A stretch of 52,538 nucleotides of DNA. It comes from Actinomycetota bacterium (lineage in GTDB: Bacteria; Actinomycetota; Acidimicrobiia; Acidimicrobiales; Ilumatobacteraceae). The translations under genes and the position numbers were made by a program. Shown in pieces: positions 45,871-52,538 of the stretch (its first letter is position 1; each line of letters starts with the position of its first letter). The notes below the pieces were generated by a model. The model worked only from the letters and a program-made list of their open reading frames with translations, was not told the DNA's origin and searched no databases. Location: the NCBI GenBank assembly GCA_005793215.1, contig SXPV01000071.1, forward strand, positions 1 to 52,538, given 5' to 3'.

Positions 45871-47397
45871 TCAATTCGATACCGAACGCCACGGCACGCG
45901 ATCGGGCCATCTACCGATACCTCCAGCCTCGAGTCTTAATCCGCTCAGTTCGCGATGTGCATGTTGTGAACGCCACGTGAGCATGCGTTGAGCGAGCGGC
46001 AACACCAGTTCTGCATTCCGGATTGGGGTTCGCCACGTGGGGTCGGTGGCGAGATCGAACGCCAACCAATCGCCATTACCGAATTGCACGTAGGCACTGG
46101 AGTGGTCGCGTTGTACGCACAGATGTTGGCGTTCGAGTCGACGATCGTGCGGCCAATTGACTGCCGAACCGTCAGGTTGATCGGTGATGTACAACTGTCG
46201 CCAGTCGTATTCCCATGTTGCTGCATCGCGCCAGTCGGTAGGAGTGCTGCCATTCAGCCACGGCAGCAACGACCGACCATCGCATTGGGAGGGAACTGGC
46301 GCGCCAATCAAGTCGCACAAGGTGGGAAGAATGTCGACGTTCTCGGTGAATGCATCAACGACGCGTCCGTGGCCTGCGTTGAATTGTGGTGCGCGGACCA
46401 TTCCGACGATGTGGTAGCTCTGCTCGAAGAACCCGACCTTCTCGCGTAGACCATGGTCGCCGAGTTGCTCCCCATGGTCGGCGGTGATCACCACGATGGT
46501 GTTCTCCCAATCGCCTCGGTTGCGAAGTACGGAAAAAATCCGTCCGAGTTGAGAGTCCACTTCACCGATCATTCCGTAGTACTGCGCTCGCATTCGACGC
46601 ATTCCTGCTTCGGTTCTTGGCGCCCTCGTATCGGGAAGTTGCATGACGGCCTCATGGAAGCCGTGGCGATCGTCGCTCGGCGCAATGGGAAGATCGACCT
46701 TTGCTGGGTCGTACTCCTGTGACCACTTACCAGCTGCCGCATACGGCGGGTGCGGACGCAGGTACGACAGATGTGCGAACCACGGTGCGTCGGCGTGGTG
46801 ACCATTCGTGTTGGTTGCGGAGGCCGGGCGCGACTCGAGCCAGGTCAGAAAGTGGTCGGTGAGAAACGAGCTGATGCTGAGAGACTCGTCGCGGTCAGGC
46901 TCGGAAGTCAGCGCGGTGATGTGGTCGGCAATCGTGTGACCGTGATCGCGCAAATGAGCGAGCCATGGTGTGTACGGCTCGCTCAAGTCGAGCAGCCAAT
47001 CGAAACCCGGCAGGACTCCTTGATACGTAGAGAGCCGAGGATCTGCGGCGCTCTCGGTAACTCGCGGATCAACGCCTTGATCGGTGTATCCGAACAGTGC
47101 TGGTGCGTAGCCGTGTCGTCGCGCGACTCGCGCCACGTTGTCGAACGAGTGGTCGAGTGGAGAGCCGTTGAAGCACACACGGTGATTCATGAGGTACATG
47201 CCGGTGTACAGACTTGCCCTGCCCGGCGAACACGGTGCTGCCTGGCTGTAATGGCGAGAGAGCACCGTCGCCTCCCGCGCAAGTGCGTCGAGATGCGGAG
47301 TCCGCACCACGGGGTGACCGTGAAATGACAAGCAGTCGCCTCGGAACTGATCCAACGTGACGAGGAGAACGTTGGGACGCACGTCCACCAGGTTCAC
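45871..47397 (-). CDS. Formylglycine-dependent sulfatase family protein
   Basis: NVLLVTLDQFRGD and CxPxR maturation motif PCSPGRASLYTG, later ITADHGEQLGDHG. Start set at GTG 47397, which forms a GTGA overlap with the upstream arylsulfatase stop. The track extension to 47811 overlaps that gene. Confidence 0.85.
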   Translation of the reverse strand: MNLVDVRPNVLLVTLDQFRGDCLSFHGHPVVRTPHLDALAREATVLSRHYSQAAPCSPGRASLYTGMYLMNHRVCFNGSPLDHSFDNVARVARRHGYAPALFGYTDQGVDPRVTESAADPRLSTYQGVLPGFDWLLDLSEPYTPWLAHLRDHGHTIADHITALTSEPDRDESLSISSFLTDHFLTWLESRPASATNTNGHHADAPWFAHLSYLRPHPPYAAAGKWSQEYDPAKVDLPIAPSDDRHGFHEAVMQLPDTRAPRTEAGMRRMRAQYYGMIGEVDSQLGRIFSVLRNRGDWENTIVVITADHGEQLGDHGLREKVGFFEQSYHIVGMVRAPQFNAGHGRVVDAFTENVDILPTLCDLIGAPVPSQCDGRSLLPWLNGSTPTDWRDAATWEYDWRQLYITDQPDGSAVNWPHDRRLERQHLCVQRDHSSAYVQFGNGDWLAFDLATDPTWRTPIRNAELVLPLAQRMLTWRSQHAHRELSGLRLEAGGIGRWPDRVPWRSVSN

Positions 47398-49730
47398 TGG
47401 GTACCGAGGGCTGCGCGATCTTCGCGGGCCGGATCGCGCCACGTTCGACCTTCCGGTTCCACGATGACACGATGGAGGGCACCAGCAGTAAAGGAAAACG
47501 GTGCGTGCTCGTCGGCAATGACCGAGTGTCCACGCAGATAACCCACCGTAAAGCCAGCGACGCTGTAGGTGAACGGTACGGTCATCGGGATTTCCGCGGC
47601 GCCAACGGGCAGGTCGTCGTAGTACAACTCCACGTTGCCTTTGAACCGACCGGTCATGGTGAACTTCACCACCAGACGGTGTTGTCCAGCGGGAACCTCC
47701 ACGTTGGCGACGGCAACAAAGCGGTGCAGTCCGACGAAGTTGTGCTCGTAATGCAGTCTGTTGTTGCGCACGTAGACGGCGTATCCGGCAGATGCCGAAC
47801 CATGTGCACAAATCGTTCCGTTCACCGAGCCCGGTGAGTCGACCTCGGCGATGATGCGGAAGCCGCGATTGTGCAGGTTCGGTGCCACCGCTCGCGGCAA
47901 AGCACCGATGCCCGGCTTGTACTCGTAACGCTCGCGTCGAAGCCGACGGTCGCCAAACCTGCCCGGCTGGTTGTTGAGGGGCAGCACCTGGTGTTCCTCG
48001 GCTTCACGCCACCAGAGGGCGATGAGCTCTTGCAGTTTCTCCGGATGTTGGGATGCAACGTTTCGAGACTCGGATCGATCGTTTTCGATGTTGTACAACT
48101 CCCACGCGTCCTTGTCGAACGGCAAGTTGGGGTCGGATCCGTCATAGGCAAGATTGGCCATCGGATGAAACACCACGGCCTTCCAACCGTCGTGGTACAG
48201 CGCACGCGAACCGAACATCTCGAAATACTGCGTGACGTGTTTCGAGGGAACATCGGCCTTTGCAAGCGTGTGGGCAAAACTCACGCCCTCAATCGGAGAC
48301 TGCGGGACACCCGCAATCTCGTGCGGTGGTGCGATCTTCAGAACATCCAAGAGAGTTGGCATGAGATCCACGGCGTGGGTGTATTGGTGACGCACTTCGC
48401 CGCGTGCTGAGATTCCCTTCGGCCAATGCACGATGAGTGGATCCGTGACACCGCCCTCGTGGGTTTCGCGTTTCCAGCGCTTGAAGGGTGTGTTTCCCGC
48501 CCATGCCCAGCCCCACGGGTAGTGGTTGTGTGCGTCTGGCGTACCGAGCAAATCGATTCGCTTCAAGTTTTCTTCGAGACTCTCGGGAATGAAGTTGAAG
48601 AAGAACACTTCGTTGTAGGAACCCTTCGGTCCACCCTCCGCGGATGCGCCGTTGTCGCTCATGATGACGAAGATGGTGTTGTCGAATTCACCGAGTGACT
48701 TCACATGGTCGACGATGCGTCCTACTTGGGCATCGGTATGGGTCAGGAAACCAGCGAACACCTCCATCATTCGTGAGTACAGGCGACGCTCGTCCGCATT
48801 GAGCGAATCCCACGCCGGAATCCAATGTGGACGATCGCTTAACTGCGTACCTTCCGGCATGAGTCCGGCCGCGAGCTGGCGTGCGAATACGTCTTCGCGC
48901 CACGCGTCCCAACCCTTGTCGAATTGTCCGCCGTAGGCATCGATGAATTCCTTCGGCGCCTGATGAGGAGAGTGACAGGCCCCCGGTGCAAACCAGAGGA
49001 AGAAGGGTTTGTTGGGATTCGCCGCGCGCGCGTCGTTGATGAAGAGCACTGCTTTGTCGGCCATGTCCTCGGTGAGGTGGTATCCCTCCTCCGGTGATCG
49101 TGGCGGATCAACTTGATGGTTGTCGTACACGAGGTCGGGGTAGTACTGATCCGTCTCCCCGTCGAGGAATCCGTAGTAGCGCTCGAAGCCGCGTCCCAAC
49201 GGCCAGCGACCACGCGGTGCTCCCATTTGCTGCTCGTGCGGTGGTGTGAGATGCCACTTGCCCACGGCGAAGGTGGAGTATCCGTTTCGCACGAGAATTT
49301 CCGAGATCATTCCATCCTCGTGCGACATCTCGGCGTTGTATCCGGGAAATCCGGACGTGATGTTTGCGATGCGACCCATTCCGTTGGAGTGGTGGTTGCG
49401 TCCAGTCAGCAGTGCAGCGCGAGTCGGTGAGCACAACGCAGTGGTGTGGAAGTTGCTGTATCGAAGGCCGCCGGCGGCCAACGCATCAAACGTCGGAGTC
49501 GCAATGTCGCTGCCGTAGCAACCGAACTGGGCAAAGCCCACATCATCGAGCAACACCACGACGATGTTGGGTGATCCTGGCTGGGCCGACGGGAGGTCGG
49601 GCCACCATGGAGTGGAGTCGTCGAAGGTCTTCCCGATTGATCCACCGAATGGTGGGCGAGTGGATTGGACCATGTCCGCAACGGTAGTAAGAGGAGTGAT
49701 GTGTCGGCGAGGCGGGACTTCTGGTGCCAT
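47394..49730 (-). CDS. Arylsulfatase (large AtsA-type, about 760-778 aa)
   Basis: NIVVVLLDDVGFAQFGCYG, CxPxR motif LCSPTRAALLTGRNHH, MSDNGAS, plus a long C-terminal domain. The start is ATG 49730 or ATG 49673. Confidence 0.85.
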   Translation of the reverse strand: MAPEVPPRRHITPLTTVADMVQSTRPPFGGSIGKTFDDSTPWWPDLPSAQPGSPNIVVVLLDDVGFAQFGCYGSDIATPTFDALAAGGLRYSNFHTTALCSPTRAALLTGRNHHSNGMGRIANITSGFPGYNAEMSHEDGMISEILVRNGYSTFAVGKWHLTPPHEQQMGAPRGRWPLGRGFERYYGFLDGETDQYYPDLVYDNHQVDPPRSPEEGYHLTEDMADKAVLFINDARAANPNKPFFLWFAPGACHSPHQAPKEFIDAYGGQFDKGWDAWREDVFARQLAAGLMPEGTQLSDRPHWIPAWDSLNADERRLYSRMMEVFAGFLTHTDAQVGRIVDHVKSLGEFDNTIFVIMSDNGASAEGGPKGSYNEVFFFNFIPESLEENLKRIDLLGTPDAHNHYPWGWAWAGNTPFKRWKRETHEGGVTDPLIVHWPKGISARGEVRHQYTHAVDLMPTLLDVLKIAPPHEIAGVPQSPIEGVSFAHTLAKADVPSKHVTQYFEMFGSRALYHDGWKAVVFHPMANLAYDGSDPNLPFDKDAWELYNIENDRSESRNVASQHPEKLQELIALWWREAEEHQVLPLNNQPGRFGDRRLRRERYEYKPGIGALPRAVAPNLHNRGFRIIAEVDSPGSVNGTICAHGSASAGYAVYVRNNRLHYEHNFVGLHRFVAVANVEVPAGQHRLVVKFTMTGRFKGNVELYYDDLPVGAAEIPMTVPFTYSVAGFTVGYLRGHSVIADEHAPFSFTAGALHRVIVEPEGRTWRDPAREDRAALGTQ

Positions 49731-49822
49731 GCATTACCGAGGTGTGGAGCCACCAGCGAAGTGCGGTGCGTGTTGATGCGCCACTACCTTGGAGGGTTGA
49801 CAAGCGATAGGGGGAATACGGC

Positions 49823-50668
49823 ATGAGCCGCATAGTCAAAGCAGCGCTGTTGCAGACCGATTGGCCAGGCAGCAAGGACAAGATGATCGACAAGCACGAG
49901 GTTGCCGCCCGCGACGCAGCCAAGCAGGGTGCCCAGATCATGTGCTTCCAGGAGTTGTTCTACGGCCCGTACTTCTGCCAAGTACAGGACGCCAAGTACT
50001 ACGACTACACCGAGTACATCCCCGATGGCCCCACCACGAAGCGCTTCCAGAGCCTCGCCAAGGAGTTGGGAATGGTCCTGGTGCTTCCGATGTACGAAGT
50101 CGTGCAGCCGGGCTTGTATTACAACACCGCCGCGGTGATCGACGCCGACGGCCGCTATCTGGGCAAGTACCGCAAACAGCACATCCCGCAAGTGAAGGGT
50201 TTCTGGGAGAAGTTTTACTTCACGCCAGGCACCGATGGCTATCCCGTCTTCGAAACTGCCGTCGGCAAAGTTGGCGTGTACATCTGTTACGACCGACACT
50301 TCCCAGAAGGTTGGCGAGCACTCGGACTCAATGGTGCAGAGATCGTGTTCAATCCGTCGGCAACCAGCCGTGGATTGTCGGAATACATCTGGCGTCTCGA
50401 GCAGCCAGCGTCGGCCGTTGCCAACATGTACTACGTCGGTGCGATCAATCGCGTCGGCATCGAGAGTGAGTACGGCGACGACGACTTCTATGGCCAGAGT
50501 TACTTCGTCGACCCCGAAGGCAAATTCGTGGGTGAAGTTGGCGACCCGTACAAGCCGGAACTCATCGTTCGTGACTTGGATATGGACAAGATCAAGATGG
50601 TGCGCGACCGCTGGGCGTTCTACCGCGATCGTCGGCCCGACGCCTACCCGGAACTCGTTCGACGATAA
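49823..50668 (+). CDS. Carbon-nitrogen hydrolase family enzyme, beta-ureidopropionase-like (N-carbamoyl-beta-alanine amidohydrolase)
   Basis: Glu-Lys-Cys triad contexts CFQELF, YRKQHIP and VYICYDRHFPE. Directly upstream of the dihydropyrimidinase gene. AGGGGGA ribosome-binding site before ATG 49823. Confidence 0.75.
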   Translation: MSRIVKAALLQTDWPGSKDKMIDKHEVAARDAAKQGAQIMCFQELFYGPYFCQVQDAKYYDYTEYIPDGPTTKRFQSLAKELGMVLVLPMYEVVQPGLYYNTAAVIDADGRYLGKYRKQHIPQVKGFWEKFYFTPGTDGYPVFETAVGKVGVYICYDRHFPEGWRALGLNGAEIVFNPSATSRGLSEYIWRLEQPASAVANMYYVGAINRVGIESEYGDDDFYGQSYFVDPEGKFVGEVGDPYKPELIVRDLDMDKIKMVRDRWAFYRDRRPDAYPELVRR

Positions 50669-50680
50669 GGAGACATCAAC

Positions 50681-52105
50681 ATGGCCCGCACGCTCATCAA
50701 GAACGGCACCGTCATCAGCCCCACGGGGCGTCACGAACAAGACGTATTGATCGACGGTGAGATCATCGTCGCGTTGTACGCACGTGGTCAGGCCGACGCC
50801 ATGGGCGTTACTGCCGACAAGGTGATCGATGCCAAGGGTAAGTACGTGGTGCCTGGCGGCATCGATGTGCACACGCACATGGAGTTGCCGTTCGGTGGAA
50901 CCGCAGCAGTTGACACCTTCGAAACCGGAACCATTGCAGCTGCATGGGGTGGTGTGACCACCATCGTGGACATGGCGCTGCAGCGCTACAACGAGAACGT
51001 GCAGTTGGGCTTGGCGGAATGGCACCGCAAGGCCGGTGGCAATTGCGCCGTGGACTACGCGTTCCATCAAATCATTGGTGGCATCGATGACCAGGCCCTG
51101 AAGGACATGACGTATCTGGTCGACCACGAGGGCGTCACCAGCTTCAAGTTGTTCATGGCCTACCCGGGTGTGTTCTACAGCGACGACGGCCAGATTCTTC
51201 GCGCGATGCAGACGGCCGCGGAGAACGGCGCGATGATCATGATGCATGCCGAAAATGGCATCGCCATCGACGTACTCGTTCAGCAGTATCTGGCGCGCGG
51301 CGAAACCGATCCCAAGTACCACTCCTATTCACGCCCGAGCTTGCTCGAAGGTGAAGCAACGCACCGCGCCATCGTGCTCTCCAAAGTGGCCGGCAACGTG
51401 CCGTTGTACATCGTGCACATGTCGGCGTCGGATGCACTCAACGAAGTTGCGGCAGCGCAACACGAGGGCCTCAACGTGTTTGCCGAGACGTGCCCGCAAT
51501 ACCTCTACATGACGTTGGAAGACCACCTGGCCCGCCCCGGATTCGAAGGTGCCAAGTTCGTGTGCTCACCCCCGATTCGCTCGAAGCATGATCATCACGA
51601 TCACCACGCCGATCTCTGGAAAGGTTTGCGGATGAACGAGTTGGCAATCGTGTCCACCGACCATTGCCCGTTCTGCATGAAGGACCAGAAGGAACTGGGT
51701 CTCGGCAACTTCTCCAAGATCCCCAACGGCATGGGCGGTGTGGAGCACCGCATGGAGTTGATCTATCAAGGTGTGGTGCTCGGGGAGATCTCGCTCGAGC
51801 GTTGGGTGGAAACCTGCTCCACCACACCGGCGCGAATGTTCGGTATGTATCCGCAAAAGGGCATCATCGCCCCTGGGTCGGATGCAGACATCTTGGTGTG
51901 GGATCCAAACAAGAAGACCAAGATCGGTATCAACGACAAGCACCACATGAACATGGACCACTCGTCGTGGGAAGGCACCGAAATCGACGGAAAGGTCGAC
52001 ACCGTGTTGTCACGAGGAATGGTCGTTATCGAGAACGACAAGTTCCACGGTCGCAAGGGTCACGGCAAGTACATCAAGCGAGGCTTGAGCCAGTACCTGC
52101 ACTAA
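50681..52105 (+). CDS. Dihydropyrimidinase / D-hydantoinase
   Basis: 474 aa. GGIDVHTHMELPFGG (HxH), carbamylated-Lys context TSFKLFMAY, MMHAENG, VSTDHCPF. Confidence 0.9.
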   Translation: MARTLIKNGTVISPTGRHEQDVLIDGEIIVALYARGQADAMGVTADKVIDAKGKYVVPGGIDVHTHMELPFGGTAAVDTFETGTIAAAWGGVTTIVDMALQRYNENVQLGLAEWHRKAGGNCAVDYAFHQIIGGIDDQALKDMTYLVDHEGVTSFKLFMAYPGVFYSDDGQILRAMQTAAENGAMIMMHAENGIAIDVLVQQYLARGETDPKYHSYSRPSLLEGEATHRAIVLSKVAGNVPLYIVHMSASDALNEVAAAQHEGLNVFAETCPQYLYMTLEDHLARPGFEGAKFVCSPPIRSKHDHHDHHADLWKGLRMNELAIVSTDHCPFCMKDQKELGLGNFSKIPNGMGGVEHRMELIYQGVVLGEISLERWVETCSTTPARMFGMYPQKGIIAPGSDADILVWDPNKKTKIGINDKHHMNMDHSSWEGTEIDGKVDTVLSRGMVVIENDKFHGRKGHGKYIKRGLSQYLH

Positions 52106-52139
52106 ACCAATCGGGTCAACGAAGTCAAAGGAGCAGTAC

Positions 52140-52538
52140 GTGAATCGCATCGGTCATTGGGTCAACAACAAGGTGGTGCTCGGCACCTCCGGAAAATCTG
52201 GTGTGGTGTTCAACCCCGCCACGGGTGAGCAGCAAGCGGCGGTGGACTTCGCCAGCGTTGCCGAACTCGACGCAGTGGTCGCGGCATCCAAGGCGGCGTT
52301 CCCGGCGTGGCGATCCACATCGTTGTCACGCCGCGCAGAGATCATGTTCCGTATGCGCGAGTTGGTGGATGCCAACCGCAAGGAAATCGCCAACATCGTT
52401 TCGCTCGAGCACGGCAAGGTTCCAGCGGATGCAATGGGCGAGTTGGCACGTGGCTTGGAGAACATCGAGTTTGCGTGCGGTATCCCCGCGCTGCTGAAGG
52501 GCGGATACTCCGAACAAGCCGCAGGTGGGGTGGATGTA
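52140..52538 (+). CDS. mmsA: Aldehyde dehydrogenase, CoA-acylating methylmalonate/malonate-semialdehyde dehydrogenase-like; N-terminal 133 codons, continues past the window end
   Basis: Not in the ORF track because it is open at the edge. My translation from GTG 52140, with AAAGGAG upstream, gives VNRIGHWVNNKVVLGTSGKSGVVFNPATGEQQAAVDFASVAELDAVVAASKAAFPAWRSTSLSRRAEIMFRMRELV..LEHGKV. This matches the MmsA N-terminal pattern and fits the pyrimidine/beta-alanine context. Confidence 0.75.
   Translation, partial: MNRIGHWVNNKVVLGTSGKSGVVFNPATGEQQAAVDFASVAELDAVVAASKAAFPAWRSTSLSRRAEIMFRMRELVDANRKEIANIVSLEHGKVPADAMGELARGLENIEFACGIPALLKGGYSEQAAGGVDV

Noticed and set aside
47398-47811. N-terminal extension of the downstream sulfatase ORF to 646 aa
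   Set aside because: The extension overlaps the 3' end of the arylsulfatase gene in another frame and is Arg-rich junk. The sulfatase domain begins right after a GTG that forms a GTGA overlap with the upstream stop.
49797-49802. Perfect TTGACA hexamer upstream of the ureidopropionase gene as a -35 box
   Set aside because: It lies only 20 nt from the ATG with the ribosome-binding site in between. That leaves no room for a -10 element and a leader, so it cannot be called a promoter from sequence alone.
49784-51322. 512-aa minus-strand ORF across the ureidopropionase and dihydropyrimidinase genes
   Set aside because: It spans two clearly recognisable plus-strand genes and their intergenic gap. 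Its composition is low-complexity (H, V, D, G, R rich). It is a shadow ORF.

Overview
GC-rich, gene-dense chromosomal segment with about 51 protein genes and one tRNA. No rRNA, CRISPR array, transposase, integrase or recognisable phage or defence gene was found. It looks actinobacterial: many GTG/TTG starts, frequent 4-bp ATGA/GTGA translational couplings, very short divergent intergenic regions, several deazaflavin (F420)-associated enzyme families and a Thr-rich lipoprotein linker. All calls rest on reading the supplied translations and my own translation of unlisted frames against remembered family motifs; no database search was run.

Gene order:
- H+-pyrophosphatase (partial, not in the ORF track)
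- sdhCAB
- DedA
- SDR plus carotenoid-cleavage oxygenase (CCD)
- MFS plus luciferase-like oxidoreductase
- ABC-2 exporter
- purH, guaB
- a tail-anchored coiled-coil protein built on a 21-bp tandem repeat
- second CCD plus Baeyer-Villiger monooxygenase (BVMO)
- three poorly characterised genes
- alpha/beta hydrolase
- tRNA-Arg(CCT)
- HAD dehalogenase plus nucleoside 2-deoxyribosyltransferase-like protein
- Fur-family regulator
- NAD-binding/DUF2867-like protein
- Ddn-like deazaflavin enzyme plus small membrane protein
- MFS
- PNPOx-like protein
- cytochrome c lipoprotein
- USP
- orphan 410-aa protein
- DinB-like protein
- MBL hydrolase
- hmuTUV haem importer, divergent from two secreted neocarzinostatin-fold-like paralogues
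- a long minus-strand block: GGT-family protein, GH13 alpha-glucosidase, sugar ABC importer
- Gfo/Idh/MocA oxidoreductase
- chromate transporter
- two CxPxR sulfatases
- reductive pyrimidine catabolism genes

Most interesting:
- The haem importer is paired with two neocarzinostatin-like secreted proteins, a candidate undescribed haem-capture module.
- The CCD-BVMO operon and its uncharacterised neighbours may form a catabolic cluster.
- The KRFEQVD heptad-repeat tail-anchored protein.
- A MalF-type permease carries a large extra N-terminal multi-TM module.

Many long ORFs in the track are antisense shadow ORFs typical of high-GC DNA and were rejected.
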